From NCBI GenBank assembly GCA_036172245.1, contig JAYWIR010000037.1:868001-932000 (forward strand): a stretch of 64,000 bases of DNA, given 5' to 3'. The translations under genes were made by a program, and so were the position numbers. This document shows, in pieces, positions 1 to 12,400 of this stretch (the stretch's first letter is position 1; the number at the start of each line of letters is the position of its first letter). This DNA comes from Raillietiella orientalis (lineage: Eukaryota). The notes beneath the pieces were generated by a model. The model worked only from the letters and a program-made list of their open reading frames with translations, did not search any database and had not been told where the DNA came from.

Positions 1-2483
1 ACTGAATTGTAATCACAAACATAGAAACTGCAGTTATGTCAAGAATGTGCTGCGATAAATAAGATTTTGCATACTCAAATCAGTAAACACAAATTTTTGA
101 TTTACACCTGCAGCTAATTTAGAAAAATGCATAAATCCCTTAACATGATACTACAAGATTATATCCGTTCTCCTTGAAGAAAAGCACTTTCTTTTACTTT
201 TTTCTGCATTGGCATATTTGACTGTGCCTATGTGAATGTGCATCTACACCTTAGGCATTTAATATGTTCTGTTTTCACATTCTTCAGGAATTATATCATG
301 TTTAATATACTGCATACATCTGTAATTGGAGTAATCCTTTGATCATTGCTGTCAGTCAATTTTCATCATATCTCCAAAATAGCGTTTTCTTAATCATGAT
401 ATGTAAATCAAATAATCACCTTTTACTGTTTAAAAAAAAAAAAAAAAAAAAGGAGGAAAAAAAAAAAAGAAAAAAAAACAGAACCGAAGGCAAAAAACTT
501 GAATTCAACTGGTACGTAGTCACAAATTTGAGATAAAGAAGTGGACACTTTTTTTAGTAACAGCAGCAGGATTAGGAGAAATAAAGGTGGTTTTATTTAA
601 TGGCATTGTTTCCATAGGCCTTAAACCTTCACTCATTCAGTGAAAATCACTTTTCAGTTACTGCTCATTTGGATTTGAAGCAAGAATGGTCATGCTGGAT
701 TCTAGCTGTGAAATATAACTTTATGTTGGGATAATATCCATAGAGTCTTTTATAACTCTAGCACTTTACGAATTTTGTTTCATCAGAACCGTTGCATCAG
801 ACTTCAACATGACTTTGAATGGCAAGTATTTGATCTGAATTATTCGCTTGTTTGTTTATAAAAACTGACACAGATACGATGAAGCGATGTTGAGATGCTT
901 TCATTTCCCATATATAACTGTAAGTAAAATGCTCCTCTATGTAACTGCTATGACTTTTAAAATCAGTCTGATAGCTGAAGAAAACAGTGAAATTTTTATA
1001 CTTTTCTCTTCTGGTGTGTTTTTTAAAATTGACAAAAGGAAGTTTTCTTTTCCCTCAATGAATATTATTCTGGTTAACATGTGTCTGACCTTCAGTCATT
1101 TTGTAGTGACTTACCCACAACTGCCTTCAAATTACTATCTGTATATCGAAAAATTTACAGTGAGTAATACTCTGTCCTGTTTGTCTGTCATGACTTTTGT
1201 GTTACATCATCTCCATAAATCCTAAGCATTAATCCTTGTCCGAAATTTCAAGGTCAAATAATTGCATTTATTCTCCTTATCATGGATCTGGTGGTGGAAG
1301 AGTATGTTCATTCGGTTAACTTGGTTAACCATCTATGGCTAAAATGTAGCTGTCACATTTTGAAACTTGGTTGCAAAGCAATATAGAATAAAAGAGAAAC
1401 ACGGAGGGAAAAACACACATGCAAAAATCACGTAATTTACTCTTTCTATCAGTACTTGTCTTGATAAAAATCCAAACACCAAAAATTGAAATTCAACTGC
1501 ATAGATATATATTCCTGTTCATTGTTTGAATTCAAATTGAAATCGACGTGCATCGCTTTCATGAAATTCTTGAAATTTACATAAATGTCATTACTATAAT
1601 CAAGTATTTAGATGGCTGCTCATTCTGATTGCCCTTCAATCTGGGGCTATTCCTTTCTGCCCTTTTTCTATTCCTGGAAGTGGGATTAAACTTCAAATCT
1701 CGTTAAAAGATGGAATTTTCTGTGGATTTAATTACACAATTGAATTATAACATTTTAATTCTATTTAGATTTCTGACCAAATGCCCATTTTTGTTTCAGC
1801 AGTTCTTATTTTCGTTCAAGAATACATTTTAAAATGTAAAGCTTTCATTTTTTTGAAACAAGTTTTCCTTGCTTCCATGTCCTCATTGCAATAATTGTTG
1901 CTTTCTATTTTTTTTCTTCAATTCTAGAATTTCCATCATAAACCTTAGATTTTCAAGACTTTTTTTTTATCTTTTGTAGTTACTGACTTCATGAAGATTA
2001 CAAAATCATCTCCCATGTTTAGTTTATGCTTTGTTTTTGCCCGAAAAATTCTTTAAAACACCACCAACGAAGACCTTATGTTTATGCCATTCATGTGTGT
2101 AACATGTATGTATCAGCAATTATCATTAAAAGTTCTTGTGTTAACTAAGGTACCTTTGCTGTTTTTCAATAAAGGTGATTCAGCAAAATCCGTTAAGTTA
2201 ATTCAACACACAGCAAAAGATAATTTAGATTATGCAACAGGTGAAAGGTCAAGAAAATTTCGAGTTTTTTCCTATTTTTAGTTTCTTTTCACATGTTATA
2301 AATACAAAACGATGTTCAAAGAACCTATCGTTCACTTTTATTTAATTAATCATGACAAAATATATTTTGTTTGCTCAACAGTGTGCACAAGATGTATAAG
2401 CAAATCTCATGCTGGGAACAAAGCATACGCAAAAACTAATATCGCAATGAACTAATAAATAATGTCATGTATAGTTGCAATAC

Positions 2484-4992
2484 CTTTAATGCGGAGCTTG
2501 TGCCTCTGATTTTATGAGCTGATGACCATGTCAAATTCTCTGCAATACGATTACGGCGAATCCACTCATCATATCGGTTATTCCAACCAAAATAATGAAC
2601 GTAAAATAGCTGATCGTCATCTCCTTCAATTTCTAAAACCTGTACCAGCATAATGATATTGTGAATCAATGCATAAGATTTGTTACCTTGGCTTCATAAG
2701 TCATATATTTGATTTCTTTGGTAGGACCATAGAGTACTTTTAGTCGATCTCCAACACAAACAGGAACATCAGCAGCAAGCATGGAATTTTTTTGTCTTGA
2801 ATAAAGGGAAAAAACATTCTTTAACAAAAAACTATGTGCCTACTCAGGATCCTGGTCATTATGATCTTCTTCATCTTCCTTTTTAATGCAAAGTTTTTGC
2901 TCTTCATCGCTTCGTTTATTGGGAGGTTCTTCTTTTTTCTCTTTTTTATTATTTTTGTCGATTTTCTTATCAGGCTCTCTTAAGAATCTCTTAACCTCTT
3001 TTTTTTCAGAATTATTTTTTGGTGATGAATCCACATCTACTGCAGAAAGCTGTTCTGTGTACTCTTCTGCTGAGACATTAGATTGCAGAGGTTCGCTTGT
3101 TCTTTTCGTCTGCAACACAGAATAAAAATTGCTATTGCAATTCTAGCAAATTCATAACTGCAATTTGAACCTTTTCTTCTTCAACAGTACCCTGCTGTCC
3201 ACCATCCTCGTTTTTCTCAAAATTCTTATTTACACATGGCTCCTTGACAAGCAGCACTTGTTTGGCTAGCATACATAAAACTAGCAGCATGCCAAAGTGT
3301 TTCGATATAATTACCAGTGGACCTGTCCCGATCCCGTATCAAAGCCCGACCTGATTCCCGTCGGGTACGATTACTTCTACTATGTGAATCCATTGTGCAC
3401 CCCAATTTACGATAAAATTCCTCGAAACTTTGCAAGTATCTAAAAAGGCATATTAATGTCACGCAAAGTTTACCCAACCTTTTGTAAGCTTGTTTAATAA
3501 GCTTCGCACTCGCAGCCAGATTAAAGCCCATTTTGGTACTGACACTCCTCCAAAGATTTAAATTGGTGACTTTATTATAACCACCAAATTTTTGTACCAA
3601 CTACAAAATATTGTAAAACATCGCATCCAGTATTACCACATTACCATGAATAATCTATGCAAATCCAAATCATTGTTGTAAATAGTGGGTGCTTTATTTA
3701 TGGGAGTACTGCGGTCATCCATGTACTTATACAACTGTGCAACAAAATGATCTTTTTCCTCTAGAGATTCATCGACCCAAGTCTACAAATACTTTTCTTC
3801 AAAATCAATATCAAAAATGACTTCACCTCGGATCCTTCACTATCACTGTGCAATTGAGCTGATCCAAACAGCACTTCCCTATCCCAGTGAGGTGGAAGTT
3901 CATCTTTATCGAGATACAAGAGAACTTTTTCTACAGCTAAAATAAACTTTCAGAATATGAATTTTCCGGCGTTATGACAAAAAACGAACCCATCTTCAGC
4001 ATATGACTTTCTACTTTGGCACCAACTTCTTTCGTGAATTCGGATGCCTCATTTTTGGGGACTACATAGCTAGAGAAACACAGAACATATCTAGTCTTTT
4101 GCAAATGCATAACATACTATCGACCATCACTAAAAGATCTAATTAGATGTTCTTCATTTTGATTAATGCACAGTGACTCTTGTGCTGAAGCAGCAACCAC
4201 CAATCCGGGAAACCAATTGTCTTTGTGTTTTTTCTTGTCCCCTAGTTCTACACACATTACTTTCCCGATGTGTGATTTCTCCGGGATAGAAGTTCCATTT
4301 TTTTCTTTTTCTGGATTTTCGATTTCTGCATACTGTTCCTCTTCATCACTACTTTCACCTCTAAAAAGAAAGTATTAAAAGTATTCCCACCAATGAAGTG
4401 TGGAAATACTAACAGATGAGTTTTGGATTTTTTACCCCTGCGTCCACCTACTACAGGGCTACTAAAATGCTCAGGATGAGTCAAAGGCAACTGGTCCAGG
4501 CTTTCGCTTTCTGCAAAATGACGACCGGATTTTAAGCATAGAGCGGTTCTGCGTAATGTAGTAACATCGCCATCGTCGAATACTACAGGTTTATTCAAAA
4601 ACTGTACAAAAAGGCAGAAGATGTACATACCAACAGTATACTGGCTGCAATCTTGGATTTTACTGATTGTACATTCTAGGTTCTGACATTTATCTGGATG
4701 TTTAGCTTCTACATTGGCTCCAATCTAATCAAAGATGCACCAATAACATTTGCAAACAAATAAATACCTTTAAGTCTCCCTTTATATGGTCATCAGAAAT
4801 TATAAAACTACCAAAATTATTTTTGAATGTCACCTAAAACAAATGCAATTAGCATTTATAAGAGGTAAAGCAATGCGAGCTTACTTTACATTTGACGCAC
4901 TTGACTATCTTTCTAATTTTTGCTTCACAAAAAGCTCCTTTGTACTTGGCACTCACTTCAGTTCCAACAGTTAAGAATGGAGGATCATCTCC
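2484..4992 (-). CDS. ARID4: ARID4A/B (RBBP1 family; Drosophila hat-trick) chromatin regulator: Tudor, RBB1NT/PWWP-like, ARID and chromo-barrel domains; start exon and 3' end unresolved
   Basis: 14 exons joined by GT-AG introns keep one frame (1881 nt = 627 codons): 4885-4992, 4768-4833, 4631-4724, 4414-4582, 4118-4360, 3990-4069, 3827-3936, 3645-3782, 3479-3600, 3315-3439, 3171-3265, 2844-3109, 2687-2795, 2484-2639. Diagnostic peptides: [86 protein letters not shown] (ARID), [15 protein letters not shown] (chromo-barrel). Confidence 0.95.
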
Positions 4993-5975
4993 CTACATGA
5001 GAGAAAAAGAAGCTTCTGCAATAAATATCATAAAGTTTTGAATATTTTTTTTATTCCTATTTCAAAAAGCCTTTTCGAACTAAAAATTCAAGTGTTAAAT
5101 TATAAGAAAATAAAATCTGTAATTAAATCATGTGAAAAGCATTAATCTGGAATTCCATTTGGGGCTATCAAATAGGACTCTACAAATGATGTATCATTTG
5201 ATTATGTACAAAATAGAAATGGTGGCAACAAATACAATTCCAGTGCGTGGTAGCGAACTGCTTAAAGCAAGTCTAGTGCAGAACTGTAAGTGGTGCCTTG
5301 ACTAAATAGCATACACCACTTGAAATAAATTGTATGTGGTAACTTGACTGCTTTCATCGTAACGATATGTTTCTTATGAATCTTCTAAATAGGTATTTCC
5401 CATGTGCTACGCATATTTTTGGTTTTGTGGCACTCTCGAGGAGTCCAACCATACTTTGCTGAGGACATGAATTGAAAAACTTATTACGGATTCAAAGAAC
5501 TAATTAATGTAATCTGAACATACAAATTAAACTGTACTTCTGCTTATTTACGCAGACATTAACTGAGAGGCACTTGTGTTATGAGCAATACAATGATGAG
5601 TTTAATGGAAGGAAAGACAGAGTTTACAGTTTTCTTAGAAGAGTTTACCCTTGCGAGGTAACTGACTGCTTTTCACTCTTCGTCGATGAAATGCAATTAC
5701 GTGTGCCTGGTAATTTTCAAGTTTTTAGATGTGCATTATCAGTTTCAATACCGGATTACGTTTCTTTCATAGAAGCACCGAACTCTACTTTTGTAGGTGT
5801 GATAGAAGTGGGTCAGTTACTGCTTGACAATCTTAAGCACATTATCAAAGACTATCAACGTCTTGGATGATGTACATAAAAGTTACAGAATGCACGATCG
5901 AAATCCAAAAGACAGTGCAAATTTGCAACCTGGCACGTTCATGAGTTTGATGTTTCCCTCTGACAGTGTTGTTCC

Positions 5976-6218
5976 CCGTCTCCCTAGCTCCGTGAGATCG
6001 GTCTGGCCGGTTACAGAAGTCGTCTTCGCTCTGCGGAGAGCGATGGGTTCGCTCCAACGCGAATTCTCTTTAAAGGGAAGGAGGGTTCTTATCGGCAGGA
6101 GCAACGGTCTTGTTCCCTGTAGCGCGATCCGTCTCCCCATCTCTGTGCGACCGGTGTTGCCGGCCCGCGAAAAGTCGTCTTCGCTATGCGGCGAGCGATG
6201 GGGTTGCTCCAAACGCGA
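5976..6218. repeat. Diverged two-copy GC-rich element (~87-90 nt units, starts 153 nt apart) upstream of the ARID4 coding exons
   Basis: 5976-6062 and 6129-6218 align end to end (ccgtctccc...aagtcgtcttcgct.tgcgg.gagcgatggg...gctccaa.cgcga), roughly 80% identical by eye, with small indels. Confidence 0.85.
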
Positions 6219-7540
6219 TCCTTCCTGAAGTTATGAGCTTCAAAATGATATGCTGCTGCCCAACTGTCTCCTAATACAACAGATTAATGGGAGACAACAA
6301 GTTTTTTTTTTTTTTTCTTTTCTTAAGCAGATTTAGGGTGTAATCCTCAGTACGAATAGTTCGTATCTAGCATCGTACACAAAGACACGAAGTCGAGGCA
6401 ATAATGATTTCAGTTATTATACTTTAACGATTCATATCTGAAATCCCTTAAACCTCAAATTGAAATAGCTGCCAAAAAAAAAAAAAAAAAAATTGCCAAC
6501 AAAATTCTGGAAAGTTTTTCTTTTAAAAGTGACGTTCGCATTTAGATTGTAGTAATCAACATACATTCCAGTGAACGGCAGAAGGGGAGGGGGACTTTGT
6601 GTTCAAACAAAAAGGGCAGGGCAGCTTTCTCGAGAAGCACATGCCATTATAAGAAAATTAATGGAGAAGACCATGGGAGATCACCATTCCTCTTATAGTA
6701 TGCAGGAAAGGATTACTCGGAGATAGTAATTTGCAAACAATACTCGGAAATTATTTGACGATAGAAGTGTTTTTTTTTTTAAATAATTACATAAAAAACT
6801 GGTTAATAAAGTTTAACGATCGCAAAGAGCTTCCTCAAGCAGTATATAATGGTTACAAAGTGTCGATGAGGAAATTCGTAATAACAGTGAGTCAACATAA
6901 ATTCTTGCCCAAAATGTGACTCTGAATTTGGAAAAAGAATTAAACACTGCATCATGAATCACCAGCTAAAATAATGCATAACTTACACATCACATCACTA
7001 AGACTGTAGGGGCAGAAAGAATACGTCTACCACTGTACCACAATGTTGTACAAACACTCCACGTGGAATAAAAAATAAACGCGAAAAAAGACAAAACGGC
7101 AATTGTGGAATTAAGCTTATCCCCAATTTTTACTTACTAATAATTAGAAATATTAATTTGTCAGCATATCACCCCTAAATAAAATTCCATTATATTTTGT
7201 TACATACAACAATCATTTTATTTAACTCATTAACATCCGAATATTGAATATAAATTTTCAATTAATTCCACTCTGATACAAAAGATAATGAATTTTAATA
7301 CTTCATCACTATTTATTGACAATCCTTTTCAGTACTTTTCACTATCATTATAACACATTAGTAACACTTTTGTGTTGGTATTTACCAACGTATTTCGATA
7401 GGGAATAATTGGCCTCTAATTCTATACGACAATCTCGAATGATGATAGTTTTCCCGGGTTGTGAAGATCTTTCCTGCTGTAAAGCAGAAATCCCGTTTTA
7501 AGGTCATGCAATGCAATCAACAAAAATAAATTACATAAAC

Positions 7541-7594
7541 CTGCGGAAGAGGGATAACCAATAATGCAGTAGAGATCGTCCATGCTGACCGCAT
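7541..7594 (-). CDS. Candidate first coding exon of ARID4 (MRSAWTISTALLVIPLPQ)
   Basis: ATG at 7594-7592, 18 open codons ending CAG|GTTTAT at phase 0, compatible with the phase-0 acceptor before GDDPP (4992). No homology support; inference only. Confidence 0.25.
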
Positions 7595-9441
7595 CAATAG
7601 TGAGTTAATGTATGCAGCGTAAAGAATAGGTACATACTAAAGATCGTGACCATCCCATGATAATACAAAAAAATGACCAATGAACACACACACGAAAACT
7701 GTCTGTGTCGAAGTGTCTCCCATTGAAGGGGCAGCGTAAGAAGCTGCCGTCGAGCATTTACTTTCACAAAACAGATAAAGCCGATGAAACACGACCACAA
7801 CCAGAGCTAATACACACGTATGCTGCAGGATTAATTATTGGTGACAAAAGAAACATTAACGGCCGACTTGCACATATGGAACACGCATTTTACCAATACA
7901 CTAATAGACATGACTCAAATTTCATCAACTTGTCATCCAGAGCTTATAGAAACCAACTTGAAGCACGTCCATAGACCGAACTTGATTTTCGTGTCTACTT
8001 GACACAATTTACGTTCCGTACTCGACCAGAATCAACATATATATCATTCCAAACCAGTTTGTGCGAGATACCGAGAAGCAGGCCAATGCAACCTACAGCT
8101 CAATACGTCGATCTGAAACACGCAAACGATGAACTCAACTATATTGGACTAGAAAAGAATGAAAACTGAATAAATTATTCAATTCTGCACGAAGAATCTA
8201 TGCAACATCTTCGATTTACAAGAACACAAGAACTTAACGAACCCTTTCCCATTTAATGGCTTCAAGTGCATTTCAGAAAAGTAAGTAATAATGATAATCC
8301 GAGGCCTTGCATCATTCGCTGCTACATCACTTTCCTATTAATTGCCTACTTATCCACTGGGTTTGGGCAGCCTTCTTGAGTTTCAAATCTCTGGAAAAGT
8401 CTCTTGCCATTCTTACGATCGACCTGAACCTTTCGGGAAAACGAATTTGCATCCCACTCGCTTACGATTTTCTTTGCATTCCTACGAACAAATAACAGTA
8501 CGGGAAAATCTGAAAGGGCTTCCGCACATTTTTAAAACTGTGAAATACGTTCATTTACAATAAACAGTTTTCTCTAATAATCAGATCACCTATGAAAAAT
8601 TTGATTTTTTTGATTAAATCTTGCATGATTCTTACTCCCATGTATCCTAAAAATCTCGATTCCTTTCTTTTCAAGGAGCTCTCAACCTTTTGAACAAATG
8701 AGTATTCATTTAGGTGGCATGACGGAAACAACAAACTTAGTTGGCCTTCTCTAAGGGGAAGATCTGAAACAAGAATCTTCATATCGAAGAACATACCTAT
8801 TTAAACAACAGACACACCTCTACACTAGGCAAATGATATTCATTCTTCCAAAAATCTTATCTGCCTCTTTATTCTGATTACTTTTCATGTCAAATAAGAA
8901 TTGACACTGCTTCATTTCTCATGCCCTCCTCTTAATATCAAAATCTCCCTGCCATACTTCCGAAACGCCATGAGAAATCAGTCAAACTAAATCTCTGGCT
9001 TAAGAAATGTCTTTTATCTCCATCATCATCATCAATAGTCTCATTTCCTGCAATCATCACCGGTCTTCTACTCGCCATTTTCCAATTTACAAAACATACT
9101 CGAACTTTCCATTGCAGATCCTATCTTTGGCTCCAAATTCTTTATTCCTACGAATTCGGATGATCGCGAATCTTACTTCATTCGCATCTGTCATCTCCTT
9201 TTCAATGTCTCACATTCTCACTTGACCGATCGTCGTCAACTTCCACCATCTTTCACCTGAATCCTCATGAGACGGCGACTTTGTCGAAGATATTTATCAA
9301 TCATATACTATTCATAGTCCATACTTCATTTGTATATACACCACACATACATTCCCATTTTCAAGAAATAATAACCCTCATCTATTACGAGTTACGTATA
9401 ACACAACTCCCACCAAGGAAAAATCTTAAAGAACGCAACCA

Positions 9442-9474
<33 letters not shown>

Positions 9475-9475
9475 T
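9442..9475. repeat. (TA)n microsatellite
   Basis: Direct reading; one G interruption; abuts the palindrome ggcgcgcgcc. Confidence 0.9.
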
Positions 9476-12400
9476 GGCGCGCGCCAATTTTACGTACGCC
9501 TTGGCTGTCCAATTCCCCGAAGCAATCTTCTTCATCGATACTACTCACGTGAAATCAACATCAAAATAACAACAGTTTCGAAAAAAAATGTTTACCTTTT
9601 GTTTTCCTTTTCACCTAACCTCTTTCGATACGACGCTTCATATTATGTCACGGCAATCATAAAGAACTGTGTGGATCGAAAGAGTTGCAAAAGCTGGAAA
9701 CTGCTTGGAAACATTCAGAGTGCAAACTTTGCGATGTAAACTCATGCCAGAGTTGACCTGTTTTTCGGAAGATCGAACGCAAGTTCAATCAAAGTGGGGA
9801 GTTTTTATTGTAACAAACTTTTATTCTCACACTGAAACGATATTCAGCAAACAGAAAAGAATACGCCATTAGTGCTTGAAAAACCTTAAAATCATTTGGA
9901 GCGGTTGCCTCTTTGGAAGCAGAAAAAAATTTGAACACATTTCAGTCGAAGACACCACCAGTGTGACCTATAAGTGTTCACATTTCAAAAGGTGAATGAA
10001 ATTTACACGCAAAAACTGACTGATATGGTAATACAAATTAAGGTGTAAACACGGACGAAAGTACGTAATAAAGAAAACTCCAATGCTTTTTCCTGTCAGC
10101 ACACGATATGTTTTTCCCGTGTGTTTCCTTGTATATTCTGACTCCCACTTGACGCTGCCGCTGAAATGATTCACCAATGCCTTCTCTTAAGAGCCCAATT
10201 TACTTCAGGCACAGCACAGATACATTCACAACCTGCAAAGAAATCCGAGTGGTGTGCACCACTCGGATTAAGTCTAAGTTTCATTTCACATTCCATTCTT
10301 CGGCTCAAAAATGGTTGCCCTTCTTCGCGTCAGACACGCTTTCCTAAAATTCCCAATATGTTCCATCCTATCTGTCCTTTGAACTATCAAAGAGCTCTTG
10401 AAGCTTCTTTTGTGTTTGAACAGGCTACTATCAGCGAACCTCCGAGTCCATTATCCGTTATGGATGATTAACGCAGCAGCAAATGTACGTTAAGAATTTT
10501 TCAACCTGCTTTTCGCGAAAACAACGACCGACGGACGTACAATGAAATCAGACGGGGAAAAGAACGCACAAAAAATGGATTCTTACATTGAGCTTATGCA
10601 TGCCAACCCAATGCTCAAAATCTCACTATTTCTCGATTTAAGCCTAACATGGTCCTAACATGGGCACATTACAAACATCTCGAACGTGGTACGATCATCC
10701 AATGTGAATATTTCGAAAAATGTTTCCTGCGTAAAAGCTGTTGCATGAAAACGAGAGCTTGAGAAAGCGCCACGGTAACTTGAATCAACTCTGAAGTACC
10801 AAAAGGTTGACCTGTGCAGCGAATATAACAAACGCCGGCCTCGCAAGCACATCCGTACATCCTCAAGGTACATTCACAGTCTAGTCTCTTTCCCTCTTCA
10901 GGTAGTTGGGTCACCATTCGAAGCTTGGATTCCCCTGCAATAGGTACTGCTGCTTTCCAGTTTTTATAACTAATGGCTGGAAATGGCGACAGTGTTTATG
11001 CAGTGAAAAATGCAAAAAACCATCGATGCTTATCAGTCTGAATACCAACAGATCTTCAATTAAATAGCAATCAATGGTGATACTGGGTTACAGATCGGGT
11101 TGCAGTCGCTGTGGCCAAGAAATGCAATCGCCATATCAGAAAAAACTCGAAAGCAAAAACAACAACAACTTTCCGATTCGCACATCAAAATGCAACAAAC
11201 ATCACACTAAAGAAAGTTTGCTGAAGACAAATCGGTGGCGAATTTGAGTTTAAACATTTAACTTTGGTGAATGAAATGTGTTGTTCTCCTTCCAATCTGT
11301 TCGATATTGCCAGAGACTTGTCATCCGTATTTGGCCAAGTTCAATCATTCTTCCTCACTAATTAAGTGTACCGCATGCTGTACGCAATACACCGTCTACT
11401 ACGGTCAAGCATGATGCCCTGCACGTACAGTACACAATATACTTTTCCACACACTGCACGACCATTTTCGGGATGAGCAACCGTTTTCGCTTTTTCGACG
11501 AGAATAACGTACCGGTGATAAATGCTGCAGGCAAAGACAAAAAAGTCTACAAGAATCATGATTTTTAAGGATAATCAGTGGGACCACCCAAGTAACTTTG
11601 GTGATACAGCTACTACTAGTTTTTAGCACCGTAACAACGATTATTTACAAATATCATTTTCACGAACGAACATCGTGCCTTTGTGTCCTTTTGACAGATT
11701 TTTTCCGGAAAGCGAAAGGCAAACTGACCTTTGAGATAAATTTTTCCAATACAGCGCTGTCAACTGAAACTGAAACACCTTATAAACGTAAATGGAATTA
11801 AAGGTTGCCTATAACCTGTTGCTTTCTTACATAATTACGCTCACGTTCATGTGAAATGCTAAAGCAAAGCGGCAGGTATTTCCTTTTATTTTCGTCAAGA
11901 ATGCAATGTTGAATCCGTTAAATGGGAGCTGGCATGGTACTGCACAAAAGTGACGTATCTGAGTTTGTACCACACACTCCACTTGTGTCACAACCATAAC
12001 TAACCTGGATGGCAAGACGCATCACTTGCACACACAACAGATATCGAAACGTCGCTCGGATTCGTTACACGTAACTGTGCCATTGAGACACAGATCCAAC
12101 AGTATGAAAAGATCAGGAAACCATCGTTCACAGTCGAAAGAACCGTGAAATTCAGAAACCCAGAGCACACATCAGATGCAAGAGCTGTGCAACTGCTTGG
12201 CAGTATGATGCCGAGTGCTTCGAAATGCCTTGACTTGACTTTGTTATACTTAGGGGAACCTTTTACGAAAGCATGGGAACAACGACTACGAGAAATCATC
12301 CGATTTTTTTTTTTTTTTCCTTTCCTAATTGTGGTGTGAATTACCTTTCCAAGTATTTTTATGAATACTCCGCGCTCATTCACACCCTCGAATAAACGAA

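Noticed and set aside
2886..4378. Plus-strand ORFs 2886..3125 and 4166..4378
   Set aside because: Antisense shadows of ARID4 exons.
5883..6228. ORFs over the duplicated element as a repeat protein
   Set aside because: The two copies fall in different frames because of indels; no domain similarity.
8200..12400. Decayed TE or gene fragments in the ARID4 upstream region
   Set aside because: Composition is suggestive but no ordered motifs could be identified.
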